Origin: an uncultured bacterium
Lineage (GTDB): Bacteria; Oederibacteriota; Oederibacteriia; Oederibacteriales; Oederibacteriaceae
Direction of reading: 5' to 3'
Length of the DNA stretch: 64,000 nucleotides
NCBI GenBank assembly: GCA_965112635.1
Contig: OZ218778.1
Coordinates: forward strand, 64,001-128,000
In this document: positions 51,017 through 61,241 of the stretch, in pieces
How positions within the stretch are numbered: position 1 is the first letter of the stretch
How the letters are laid out: each line of letters starts with the position of its first letter
Program-made: the position numbers and the translations under genes
The notes under the pieces: model-generated
What the model saw: the letters and a program-made list of their open reading frames with translations, nothing else
Told to the model about the DNA's origin: nothing
The model's database searches: none

Positions 51017-54000
51017 TTAAAATCTCGCCAATCCCCCAATGGTCAACTGGAAGGCCCAATAATTACGGCCGACTGTAGTTTGATCCTGATAAATAAATTC
51101 CTGGAATTGCACTGAACCTTCGATGTTCTTGATCAAGTTGTATTGCAGAGTAGAAGAGTGCGTCCAAAGTTGTGATTTATCGTCGCTGTTAACGCCCCCG
51201 AATGAGGTATTTTCCTGCATATTGATATCCAAATGGTGGGTAAACCTGAATACCCCTGTGGGCTTAAATTTAAAGAACGCCAGGTCCATAAGACCTACAA
51301 AGGTGACATTGTGATTGAGGTCCACCGAAGGGTCTAGGCTCGTCGTGGTCGTTCCGGATTGATTGGCTATGGAGTTGGCCTGTGACATAGACCAGGTGCA
51401 ATTCGTGGAAAAATAAAAATCTTCCAGAGGCCGCCAGGGCAAAGATTCCGAAAAGGTTTGTGTAGTGGCGGTGTTGAGGAGATTATTCGAGTTATCCCTT
51501 TGTTCTGAATACTTGTAATTGTAATTTAAGCTCAACAGGTTCGGCTTTAAGATCTCCTGCCAGATTGGGAAAGGCACCTTGGAAAGCTGTGCTCCACTGC
51601 CGGCATTATAGACCAGATTATTATTAGCAAATTGGTTATTGATATCCGTGGATTGCCTTCTGGAAAGGTTAGGAGTAAAAGTCCAAACGTCGTAAAGGGG
51701 AAAATGGCTGCTGGCACTGTCTTCCGTGGCATAAGAACCATTCGTGACCAACTGCTGCAAAGGTGCAGTGAAGGGAGACCATAGGTCATTGAAAGCGGTC
51801 ACATTATCTCCAAAAAGGGCGTTGTTCAAGGTGTCTCCCCCGAGGCTGGTATTGGGCGCGCTGAGACTATAAAAAGTCTGGGTCACTGTTAATTTATGCT
51901 CGGCGGTGACTGTCCAAGGTAACTGGGGCAAGCTCATCCAGACCCCCGGCTGCATAGGGTCCACAAAATCTAAGCTGACGTTAGTATTTAAATTGTCCAG
52001 GGTGAAATCCCGGTTGTTGGAACCTGAATAATTGATCTGCGGGTCCATCCCTGGGATGAACTTAAATTCCGTATTCAGGGTCGCCCCGAGGTTGCGTTGC
52101 TGGGCCGCGAAATCAGGCCACACCAGTTCCTGAGTACTGGACTGTCCTGAAAGCCCGACGACATTATAAGTCAAGGCACCTCGGGCATCCTTGCCATAAA
52201 AACTATAGGAGGGAGACACCAACACCCCGGCCCATGGTTCATAACCTCCCCTCCAGGCGTAGGTCTGCTCAAGGATATCTGTGATGGAATCTTGATAAGT
52301 GGTAAAGAAAGGATTGTTGGGATCATAAGTATTCTTGTTTTCGGTGTATTTCACCGCCCCATTAAAAGAATTGCCCTTCCCCAAAGGTATTCCAAAGAGG
52401 CTTTGGGGAGCCGTGTAATCAATACGGGGCGCTAAACTCCATACCGTGGCGTCATTATTGATGCCAAAGTTCTGCTGCAAGTAAATTGTTTGCCTGTCCT
52501 GATAGCTGGAATCCAGATTGAAATTGAGCGGGTTGAAAAGGGTAAAACCTATCCCGCTGGTAACAAGCTGGGAATCTGTTTGAGGCAACCCCAGGAAATT
52601 CGGATTGGACTTGTATTGGTCTTCGGTAAGAACCTCGTCGTGGGAATAGTTCACGTTCACGGGCAAAAAACTGAACTGCTGGTAATTCGCATTGGTGGAA
52701 AAATCCCTCGTATGCTGCTTATTGATACCCTGCTGGGTCAGGGAAGCCTGGTCTATGAGCATAAAATCGGAGTCCACTTCCCGGTAGGTGCTGGAGGTGT
52801 TCAAAATATCGCTGTATTTGGTATTGACGGTCATCCTCCTGGCCAATCCATGCCTGACCACCACGTCGGTCACCCGAAGATTATCTATCCAGACAGTTCC
52901 AGAAGTGGGCCAGGAATTGGTGGTCATGACGCCTATGGAAACCTCCCTGATGCCGTTCAAGTAGGGAGGGCCGTTATCCCCGGCAGGCTGCACAGCGCCA
53001 CCCCGGACTTTGATCCTGTTCCCATCCGAACCATCCAAAACAACGACCATGGTCTGCCAGCTTCGAGCCATATTTGATGACAGAGGAAAGTTATATTGCA
53101 AATAGTCCGTATCGCTCGCACCCAAGCGGATAAATAAAGTTGCGGAGTTGTCGGTGACAAAATAGGGTAAAATATCCATCCGCACATCGCGGTAGGCCGA
53201 ATAGTCCTGCCCAAGATTATAATATTTCGTGGCCACAAAAAAGTTCTGGTTATTGGGTTGGGTTCCCGCCGCGGTTAGATTATAGTTGACCTTCAGGGAT
53301 TGCTCATGGATGGCGCTTGACTGGGTCGTGTCAAAAAAATTGGTGTTGGGTTGGTAACTAGGATCGAGCTGCTGGTTGATCGCGCCCACATTGAATTGGG
53401 TAGAGTCCACCACGGTCTGCATTTGGGCATTGCTGTAATTGACCAGTTGCCACTTATTTCCCGTGAATGCGATAGATTCAAAAGTGGCCTGGCACTTCGC
53501 ACCGGAGGAGTTGCCGAACCACATTCGGAAATGTTTGATAATGGTCTTGTCAGGGGTCCCGACGATACTGAACTGAGGATTGGTGGCGCCTTGAGCGTTA
53601 GGGATATATCCTGGCCCGCCGCTGAAATTCAAAGGGATCTTGATGTAATGCCATCCGCTGGGGAAGTCCAGGGGAAAGGAATATTCGTAATAAGCGTCAA
53701 TTTTATCCAGTATCCCATTGTTGTTCATGTCCCATGTGTTGAGATGGTCGTCTCCGACCCCCGCCAGAATTGTTCCTCCCAAATAATTTATAGGTAGGCC
53801 GTTATCTTCTCCTGGATTGAGGATGGTATCTTTGTTCTGATCCTCTGTCATTTCAGGCCAGGTTATAAGGGCCCCGGCCGAGCCATCGCCATTGACGTCC
53901 TCGCTGATGACACCCACATCAAGGTTGAGGGTCGTTCCCTGATTACCGCAGTTATTGACCCACATTTCAACGTATTGGTAGTTAGTAAAATCCTGGCCTG

Positions 54001-56557
54001 TGGTGGAAATAACTTGTCGCAGGCCGTCCCAAATACCTCCATTGGAAAAGTCGTAGTTCAACACAAGCTGCTTATCCGGTTGGGCTTGGGCAGAGGTATC
54101 ATGGCCCCCAGCAGTTTGATCAGTGAGCGTAGTAGTCCCTGCTGGAGATTTAGGGCTGAAAACCATGGGCACGGCTCGGTTGCCGGCGCTCAGTCCGCCT
54201 GTGGCCGGAGCACTGCTGGAAAACCAGGTGGATTTATCCATAGACAGGCTGAACACATTATCCACACTCTCCATGTTATCGATCATGGCCACCCCGGCTT
54301 CCCCATTCTGGCTATAGGTGTTCGGATTGTAGGTGCTTTGGGCGACCTCGCCCGACAGGTCCAGGTCAAGGGGAATATTCACATTGGGCATCAAGGGCAT
54401 GGCTGAAAGCGAATCGGATAGGGTCTCGCGGGGGATGCTCCACTTGGCGTCTCCATCGATGATATTCAGGTCATGAGGGGTGCTGCTGATATCCGGGGCC
54501 TGTTGGGGCGGCTGGTTGCCGTTATAAAGATAGGTCGTGCCGATCGCCAGATTGTCGGCGACCGCGTATTCTGCCCTGGCCCCGAACAAATTGCTTTGGA
54601 ATTGCCCGCCAAAGGGCTGGTACTCGTAGGTGATATTGATGGTGTTGGAGCGTCCCAGCCGGTCCTGGTCAAAAAAAGTGACCAGCCCCAGGTCGTAATC
54701 AATGGAATAGTCCACATTACTCACCCAGGTCTGGCCGTCCACCACGATCTTGTCGCTGTTCTTGATGATGTTGGTGTATTTTAGATTGAAAATATTTTTG
54801 CGGGATTTATAGACCATATGGATGGTATAAGCGGGAACCGGGCTGCTGGTGGAATAGATCCCCTGTTCCTGGGTGGTCGTGGGCGCATCATGGGAAAAAG
54901 CTTTTAGGACAGGATTGTTGCTCAGGTTTCCAAAATAGAGGATCCCAAAATCCGTGTCCATCGTAAAACTGCGTCCATCGACCAAGCCTTGCAAGGGGAT
55001 AGGCTGCTGCGTGGAATTATTCACCACCCTCATGACAAAATCCGGGTCATATTGGGGAGGAACGATTTTGCGGGCGTTCAAAGCGTACGCATTTAAAACC
55101 TGGTGGTCCAGGTCACTACTGGATTTTTGCAACAAGTTCAGTGTTCCTGTTTGGGCAGCCTCGTTCCTTCCCTGCGGTCCATTGCTGTCCACATAAGAGG
55201 CGGCAATGTAGTATGAAGCAGGAACAGGGACGAGAAAAGTGATGATACCGGTGCCATAATCAATCGTGTAATCTACCCCGGCATGCCGTAGGTTAAAATA
55301 AAAAACATTCCCGGGTTGGGATGCGTCTGGAATGGTCGTGCTGGTATGGTAATTGACGCTTTGTTCATCGGTCCAGATCTGCTCACTTCCGGGGGTTATC
55401 GGTAAAAAATTATTATTGATCACATGGATGTTGTAGTATTTCCTGCTGATAAAACTGGTATCCGGTATGTCCTGGGTGGTCTGGGTGGAATTTCCCTGGA
55501 ACTGCTCCAGGACCGTGATGCCTTTGGTTTGCGCGAAGACGACCGTGCCGCTCAATTTCTCCATGGGTCTTAGTTTGACCTGGATACCGAAAAGGCTCTT
55601 GTTATAGGCGGCAAATTCTGTATTGGGCAGGGAAAGAACGATATCTCCGAACGCGGCTTCCTGGATGACCTCGTCCTGGTCGCCTGTGTAGGTCACCTGA
55701 ATGGTCTGTTGTTGGTTGGTTGTCGCCGTATCGTCGTAATTCACGTTCACGGTTATTTTTCGGCCCACTTTGCCTTGCAGGCGGACTTGCATTTGTTGGG
55801 TCAGCCCAAACCCTTGCTGGTAACCTGGCGCGGTCACGTAAGCCGTGTCAGAATCTTTGGACAGGGTGTCTCCGTACTTGATGTTGACGGTCTTCTGCCC
55901 TTGGATGGAGAGCTTGGATTCTTGGGGTAGGTTCACCTCCACAGCGGGGATGCTCTCCACCACCGGGACAGAAGGCGGCACCGCGGTCAGCGCAGGTTTG
56001 GGAGGCAGGGCGGTCAATGCGGTTGCGGTGGGCGATATCCCGCCGGCCTGGGCGGTGCCGGTAAGCTGGCCGGGCTGGAGCGTGGCTTCGGCGGGCAACG
56101 GCGCATTGGGGAGCTCCCCGGCCAATGCCCCTGGTTCAAACAAAAAAGCCACACTCTGGCCTTGAGCCACTGCCAAATAGGGAAGCTGCTCATTAATAAA
56201 AATTTTCAATTCCTCACTGGTCCTGATATGGACCTCAAGGTCCTGTTCCGGAATGGTAGAGGGAGCTTGCTGGCTCTCTGCGATACTGATCCAGGCCTGC
56301 CTAAAGACCTCCGCGATCTGATCAAAAATGCTTACAGGACCGGTAAAAAGAACCCCTTCCTTTTTGTTGGGTGCTGAATTGTTTTGGGCTGGAAGTGATA
56401 ACGAGACGCAAAGAAGAAATAAACACAGACAAATCTTTAGGATAAAGTGAAAGATACCCGGATGCCTGACAGTCCACTTTTTTTCTTTGGTATGGGCAAG
56501 AAAACCCTGAGAATTTGCCTGCGCATGCCTGATCATATTGTCCATATCACTGCGCAC
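51017..56557 (-). CDS. sprA: SprA/Sov-like large outer-membrane beta-barrel (T9SS translocon homolog)
   Basis: QQMQVRLQGKVGRKITVNVNYD..TYTGDQDEVIQEAAFGDIVLSLP..SLFGIQVKL..VFAQTKG matches the SprA N-terminal signature as I recall it. DY.IDY..G and IDNME motifs; beta-strand-rich C-region; terminal Phe. Confidence 0.78.
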   Translation of the reverse strand: MRSDMDNMIRHAQANSQGFLAHTKEKKWTVRHPGIFHFILKICLCLFLLCVSLSLPAQNNSAPNKKEGVLFTGPVSIFDQIAEVFRQAWISIAESQQAPSTIPEQDLEVHIRTSEELKIFINEQLPYLAVAQGQSVAFLFEPGALAGELPNAPLPAEATLQPGQLTGTAQAGGISPTATALTALPPKPALTAVPPSVPVVESIPAVEVNLPQESKLSIQGQKTVNIKYGDTLSKDSDTAYVTAPGYQQGFGLTQQMQVRLQGKVGRKITVNVNYDDTATTNQQQTIQVTYTGDQDEVIQEAAFGDIVLSLPNTEFAAYNKSLFGIQVKLRPMEKLSGTVVFAQTKGITVLEQFQGNSTQTTQDIPDTSFISRKYYNIHVINNNFLPITPGSEQIWTDEQSVNYHTSTTIPDASQPGNVFYFNLRHAGVDYTIDYGTGIITFLVPVPASYYIAASYVDSNGPQGRNEAAQTGTLNLLQKSSSDLDHQVLNAYALNARKIVPPQYDPDFVMRVVNNSTQQPIPLQGLVDGRSFTMDTDFGILYFGNLSNNPVLKAFSHDAPTTTQEQGIYSTSSPVPAYTIHMVYKSRKNIFNLKYTNIIKNSDKIVVDGQTWVSNVDYSIDYDLGLVTFFDQDRLGRSNTINITYEYQPFGGQFQSNLFGARAEYAVADNLAIGTTYLYNGNQPPQQAPDISSTPHDLNIIDGDAKWSIPRETLSDSLSAMPLMPNVNIPLDLDLSGEVAQSTYNPNTYSQNGEAGVAMIDNMESVDNVFSLSMDKSTWFSSSAPATGGLSAGNRAVPMVFSPKSPAGTTTLTDQTAGGHDTSAQAQPDKQLVLNYDFSNGGIWDGLRQVISTTGQDFTNYQYVEMWVNNCGNQGTTLNLDVGVISEDVNGDGSAGALITWPEMTEDQNKDTILNPGEDNGLPINYLGGTILAGVGDDHLNTWDMNNNGILDKIDAYYEYSFPLDFPSGWHYIKIPLNFSGGPGYIPNAQGATNPQFSIVGTPDKTIIKHFRMWFGNSSGAKCQATFESIAFTGNKWQLVNYSNAQMQTVVDSTQFNVGAINQQLDPSYQPNTNFFDTTQSSAIHEQSLKVNYNLTAAGTQPNNQNFFVATKYYNLGQDYSAYRDVRMDILPYFVTDNSATLFIRLGASDTDYLQYNFPLSSNMARSWQTMVVVLDGSDGNRIKVRGGAVQPAGDNGPPYLNGIREVSIGVMTTNSWPTSGTVWIDNLRVTDVVVRHGLARRMTVNTKYSDILNTSSTYREVDSDFMLIDQASLTQQGINKQHTRDFSTNANYQQFSFLPVNVNYSHDEVLTEDQYKSNPNFLGLPQTDSQLVTSGIGFTLFNPLNFNLDSSYQDRQTIYLQQNFGINNDATVWSLAPRIDYTAPQSLFGIPLGKGNSFNGAVKYTENKNTYDPNNPFFTTYQDSITDILEQTYAWRGGYEPWAGVLVSPSYSFYGKDARGALTYNVVGLSGQSSTQELVWPDFAAQQRNLGATLNTEFKFIPGMDPQINYSGSNNRDFTLDNLNTNVSLDFVDPMQPGVWMSLPQLPWTVTAEHKLTVTQTFYSLSAPNTSLGGDTLNNALFGDNVTAFNDLWSPFTAPLQQLVTNGSYATEDSASSHFPLYDVWTFTPNLSRRQSTDINNQFANNNLVYNAGSGAQLSKVPFPIWQEILKPNLLSLNYNYKYSEQRDNSNNLLNTATTQTFSESLPWRPLEDFYFSTNCTWSMSQANSIANQSGTTTTSLDPSVDLNHNVTFVGLMDLAFFKFKPTGVFRFTHHLDINMQENTSFGGVNSDDKSQLWTHSSTLQYNLIKNIEGSVQFQEFIYQDQTTVGRNYWAFQLTIGGLARF

Positions 56558-56722
56558 AAAGGCTCCCTTATTTTAGGCTCTGCCTTGAGGAGAGATGACT
56601 AGATCCAAATAGATATATTCTTTAAGAGGCAAAAGGTTTCCAAAAAAATTATACCATATGAATTAACCAAGGTTATAATAGGATTCAAAAGACCTCACTC
56701 TAAACCCAATACAGGATGAACC

Positions 56723-57847
56723 ATGAAGATTCTTTCCCGTTACATTATTAAGGAGATGGGACCCCCGTTTTTCTTGGGGTTCCTGGTTTTCACTTTTATT
56801 CTTCTTTTCAGCCAGCTTTACCAGCTGATCGACCTCATTATTAACAAAGGGGTTGGGTTCTTCACGACCTGCTGGCTTTTTTTCCTGTATCTCCCGGCCC
56901 TGCTGGCTGTCACCATTCCTCTTTCGCTGTTGGTAGCCTGCCTGCTGGCATTTGGCCGCTTGGCAGCGGACAACGAACTCATCGCGGTGCGTGCCAGTGG
57001 AGTGGGCCTGCGAAAACTCCTTATCCCGGCTCTTCTGGCCGGCTTGGTGTTGAGCCTGGTGATGGTCGAATTTAACGACACGATCCTTCCCGCGGCCAAC
57101 ATGGCCTACAAGAACCTGCTCTATGAGATCATCCAAAAACGCGCGGGCGTTCTCATCCAGGAACAAACTTTTATCACCGGTTTTGACGGCTATATCTTTT
57201 TTATTGGCAAGAAAGACAGCAAAACGGGACTTCTTCAGGACATCGTCATTTACAATATGGGGAACAACAAACAGCCTCTTTCCACGATCTTTGCCAAACA
57301 GGGTCGCGTAATCTCCGACAAGAACACGCTCAAGGTCACCATGGAACTGAACGACGGCGTGATGCACCAGTTGGGCAGACAGCAGGATCAGGGTTACTAC
57401 AACCGCCTTTTTTTCAACACCTACGTCATCAACCTGGATGTTTCAGGCATTTTGAGCAGGGCAGCGGCCTCCCGAAGCCCGCGGGAAATGAACCGCCGCG
57501 AAATCACAGCCCTGATCGACCAGGAAAAAAAGGCCGGCAAAGATATTAAATCCTTGCAGACAGAATACCAGCTTAAACTGGCCATTCCCTTCGCCTGCTT
57601 GGCGTTTTCCTTGATCGGTTCGCCCCTGGGAAGCCTGACCAGAAAAAGCGGTCGCTTTATGGGGGCAGCGGTCAGCTTGGGGCTCATCTTTATCTATTAC
57701 ATCCTCTTGTTCGGCGGTCAGATCACTGGGGAAAGGGGCATTTTGCCGGCCTGGTTTTCGATCTGGCTCCCCAACATCACTTTTAGTTTGTTGGGCTTAT
57801 TCCTGTTCCTTCGTGTCGCACAGGAAAAGCCCCTCATAAAGCTGTAA
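56723..57847 (+). CDS. lptF: LPS export ABC permease LptF
   Basis: ILSRYI..E, GRLAADNELIAVRASGV, KLAIPFAC, WLPN. Confidence 0.88.
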   Translation: MKILSRYIIKEMGPPFFLGFLVFTFILLFSQLYQLIDLIINKGVGFFTTCWLFFLYLPALLAVTIPLSLLVACLLAFGRLAADNELIAVRASGVGLRKLLIPALLAGLVLSLVMVEFNDTILPAANMAYKNLLYEIIQKRAGVLIQEQTFITGFDGYIFFIGKKDSKTGLLQDIVIYNMGNNKQPLSTIFAKQGRVISDKNTLKVTMELNDGVMHQLGRQQDQGYYNRLFFNTYVINLDVSGILSRAAASRSPREMNRREITALIDQEKKAGKDIKSLQTEYQLKLAIPFACLAFSLIGSPLGSLTRKSGRFMGAAVSLGLIFIYYILLFGGQITGERGILPAWFSIWLPNITFSLLGLFLFLRVAQEKPLIKL

Positions 57848-57857
57848 GGAGCTTGGC

Positions 57858-58946
57858 ATGACTATCCTGCATAAATATATAGCCAGAGAATTTTTAATGC
57901 CCTTCCTTTTGACCTTGGGAAGTTTCGTGGCCATCCTCCTGATCTCCAACATCTTCGATGAAATGTCCTTGATCATGGACAATAAAGCATTTTTCTTGGA
58001 CTCCTTGTCCTATTTTATTTTAAAGATTCCCTTCCTGCTGTTGCAGATCCTCCCCCTCTGCGTGCTTCTGGCCACTCTTTTCTGCGTCGGAGGTCTGGCC
58101 AAAACCTACGAGATCACCGCCATGCGCACCAGCGGAGCCACGATCGGCTATCTCATGAAACCCGTACTGCTGGTCGCCTTGGCCATCAGCATCCTGTCCT
58201 TCCTTTTTAGTGAAGGGGTCGTCCCTTATGCCAACCGTATGGCCCAACAGATCAAAAGAGTGAAGATCGAACATTCCCCCTTTCCCACTCATCAAGTCAG
58301 GGAGAACGTGCCTTATATCGGCACTCAGGGCCATATCTATTACATCAAAACCTATGACGAAGAATTAAAAACGATGCATAACGTGACGCTATTTGAATAC
58401 ACCAACAACTATGTTCAAAAACGTGTGGATGCCGAACAGGCCGTTTTTCAGGATAATGTGTGGAACTTCTACAACGGGACGCTCAGAAAGTTCCTCAAAA
58501 CACCTCGCGCAGAACGCGAAATGGTCTCCTCTTTTAAGCATCTGGTCCTGCCTTTGGATGAAAAACCTTCAGATTTCCATGTCGAAAAGGTCGACACCAT
58601 GACCATGAGCAGCCGCGAGCTCTACGATTACATCCAGCAATTGAAGAAAAAAGGGGTCAATTACACCGAGCAGTTAGTGGAATATCACCTGAAATTCTCT
58701 TTTCCCTGCGCCAACTTTATCATGGCCCTGTTGGCGGCCCCCTTTGCCACAAGGATCAGGCGCACCAGCGACACCGTGCTGGGATTTTGCATCTGCCTTT
58801 TGGTCGCATTTATCTATGTGGGCTTTATCCAGGTAGGTCGCGCCCTGGGTGGAGGCGGCCTGCTTTCGCCTTTTTGGTCTGTTTGGATCGCCAATCTTGT
58901 GTTCGCGGTCCTGGGCTTCTGGGGAATTTATAAGGCCAATCGTTAA
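57858..58946 (+). CDS. lptG: LPS export ABC permease LptG
   Basis: ILHKYIAREF, EITAMRTSG, KFSFP, WIAN; tandem with lptF. Confidence 0.86.
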   Translation: MTILHKYIAREFLMPFLLTLGSFVAILLISNIFDEMSLIMDNKAFFLDSLSYFILKIPFLLLQILPLCVLLATLFCVGGLAKTYEITAMRTSGATIGYLMKPVLLVALAISILSFLFSEGVVPYANRMAQQIKRVKIEHSPFPTHQVRENVPYIGTQGHIYYIKTYDEELKTMHNVTLFEYTNNYVQKRVDAEQAVFQDNVWNFYNGTLRKFLKTPRAEREMVSSFKHLVLPLDEKPSDFHVEKVDTMTMSSRELYDYIQQLKKKGVNYTEQLVEYHLKFSFPCANFIMALLAAPFATRIRRTSDTVLGFCICLLVAFIYVGFIQVGRALGGGGLLSPFWSVWIANLVFAVLGFWGIYKANR

Positions 58947-59047
58947 ACCGTCCACAAAGATGATATTTTGGATGGGGGAAAACGAATTTCTGATATAATG
59001 TCGTTCTATATCCAGACAAAAATTCTAAGAAAGGCGATTTAAAGAAC

Positions 59048-61216
59048 ATGAGTCAGCGGTGTCCCGCGTGCAACGAACTGAACACCGACGCCAATCGTTT
59101 CTGTGAAAATTGCGGAGCAAAGCTGGTGGTCCCCGAAGCGCAAAAGCCCAAGGTCGAAGCAGCTACAGCGCCGGCCCCGGCCGTGACAATCGCCCCCCAA
59201 GCCCCGCCGGCCCAGCCAAAACCAAAACCAACCGCACCCAAAAAACCCAGCGTCCCGGCTGAAAAGCCCGCCGGACCCCTGCTCCCCTCTGTCAATCTTC
59301 CAGCCCTGGATTGGGAACGTTGCCTTTATATCATCCTTATCTTGATCGGTATCGTATCCAGATTTTACGACCTCGGTTACAAGGAACTCCACCACGACGA
59401 AAGCATCCACGCCTTGAACTCTTACACGCTCTTTAAAGGAGGAGGCTTCCATTACGATCCGGGTTACCACGGTCCCATGCTCTACCATATCAACGCGCTG
59501 GTCTATTTCCTTTTCGGGGCCTCGGATTACACGGCCCGCATGGCTCCGGCTTTCGTAGGCCTGCTTTTAATAGGCTTCCCCTACCTGATGAGGGATGTCA
59601 TCGGCAGGACCGCGGCCCTTGTTTTAGCTTTTCTGATCACCTTTTCGCCAACCTTTTTGTATGTCTCCCGCTTTATCCGGCACGATATTTACCTCGCCCT
59701 GGGCACTCTGGGGATGGCCTACGCCTTTTTTAAATTCAGAAAGGACGCCAAACCCCTTTATGTTTTTCTGTTCTCCATGTTCCTGGCCATATGCTTTACG
59801 AATATGGAATCCACCTATCTCCACGTTTCCATCTTTTTCCCATTTTTATTAATCATGTATTTCTGGGACGCTTCCCACCAGAGTTCCATCGCCAAAGTGA
59901 TAAGTCAATACAACGAATCGTTCAAAAAAGCTATGGATAAAGAAGGCAGCTATATGAGCCTAGGGCTGATCCTTTTGGTCATTGTCTTAGCCTGTGCGTT
60001 CCTTTTCTGGCCAAACTGGCAGGGTTACAAAGGCGCCCCTGGCAGTATGCTGGGGGACTTCGGCAATTATGTTGCGGTGGCCGACCAAAAAGGCAGGAAC
60101 GAAGGATTCATGTATGGCTTGATGAAGTTTTTGAGCACCAACCCCACCATAGCGGTTTGGCTCGTAGGCCTTGGGGTGCCCGCACTTTTGACCGTGACGT
60201 TTTATGGGTTGGCTTGGTATACCAAAAGCTTCAAGACCGCCTTTTACAGCTATTTGATCTTTTTCATCATTTTCATCCCATTTTTCACCACCATGATATT
60301 CGGCAATCCGCACGGCCTTTTTGACGGTTTTGTCAGGTCTCTGACCTACTGGCTTTCGCAGCAGCCCGTAAGCCGGGGCGATGAACCGTGGTATTACTAC
60401 TATGCCCTGCTGAGCATGTACGAGCAAGGCATTGTGTTCTTCACCATAGTCGGTTTTATCGTCTTTACGGCATTCAAAAGAAGCGTCCTCACGACCTTCG
60501 CCATGATCTGGGTCATCGGCGCCTTCACCGCCTACGTGCACGCCGCGGAAAAGATGCCCTGGATCACCATCCACATGCTTCTTCCCATGACTTTTTTGTC
60601 CGCCTTGACCATCGCTTATTTTTTGGAGAACGCCCACTGGGTCTTCAAATCTCTGACCCTCGCCCTTTGTTTCCTGTTCTTTATACTTTCCGTCCACAAT
60701 GCGGTCCTGCTGGCCTACATCAACCCGGCCAATCCCGTGGAACCCATGGTGTATGTCCAGTCCACCCCCCATATCCGAGACATTATGGGGACCATCAACC
60801 GCCTGTCCGAACGCCTTTCGGCCACGGACCCGGACCACCCCATCCAGGGCGGCAAAAACATGGAGATCACCTGCGAGGACCTGTGTTCCTGGCCTTTTGC
60901 CTGGTATCTGAGGGAGTACAAGAATCTTGACTATCCCACTCCGGTCAGGGTGGCCGACCGGCCGGTGATCCTCACCTGCTGGCAGACCGGACAGACCAAT
61001 GGCGTGGAACATGACACGGCTGTGGAAAAACTTTGCGCCGGCAAATACCACCGCCAAAAATACAAATTGCGTGCCTGGTGGGGCTGGACCGACACGCCCG
61101 ACTGGGACCTGGACAAATATTTCCAGTGGCTTTTCTACCGCCAGCCTTGGAGCAGCCTGGGCTCCCAGGACATGGTCTTCTGGGTCAGGAATGACCTTTG
61201 GGAGCAGAGCCAGTAA
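59048..61216 (+). CDS. TIGR03663/Agl23-like GT-C-fold polytopic membrane protein with N-terminal zinc ribbon
   Basis: CxxC..CxxC and Pro-rich linker; LHHDESIHA, YDPGYHGP, SRFIRHD, EKMPW motifs; many TM helices. Confidence 0.75.
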   Translation: MSQRCPACNELNTDANRFCENCGAKLVVPEAQKPKVEAATAPAPAVTIAPQAPPAQPKPKPTAPKKPSVPAEKPAGPLLPSVNLPALDWERCLYIILILIGIVSRFYDLGYKELHHDESIHALNSYTLFKGGGFHYDPGYHGPMLYHINALVYFLFGASDYTARMAPAFVGLLLIGFPYLMRDVIGRTAALVLAFLITFSPTFLYVSRFIRHDIYLALGTLGMAYAFFKFRKDAKPLYVFLFSMFLAICFTNMESTYLHVSIFFPFLLIMYFWDASHQSSIAKVISQYNESFKKAMDKEGSYMSLGLILLVIVLACAFLFWPNWQGYKGAPGSMLGDFGNYVAVADQKGRNEGFMYGLMKFLSTNPTIAVWLVGLGVPALLTVTFYGLAWYTKSFKTAFYSYLIFFIIFIPFFTTMIFGNPHGLFDGFVRSLTYWLSQQPVSRGDEPWYYYYALLSMYEQGIVFFTIVGFIVFTAFKRSVLTTFAMIWVIGAFTAYVHAAEKMPWITIHMLLPMTFLSALTIAYFLENAHWVFKSLTLALCFLFFILSVHNAVLLAYINPANPVEPMVYVQSTPHIRDIMGTINRLSERLSATDPDHPIQGGKNMEITCEDLCSWPFAWYLREYKNLDYPTPVRVADRPVILTCWQTGQTNGVEHDTAVEKLCAGKYHRQKYKLRAWWGWTDTPDWDLDKYFQWLFYRQPWSSLGSQDMVFWVRNDLWEQSQ

Positions 61217-61241
61217 CTCCGTATCTTGAGGTAACCTTCTG

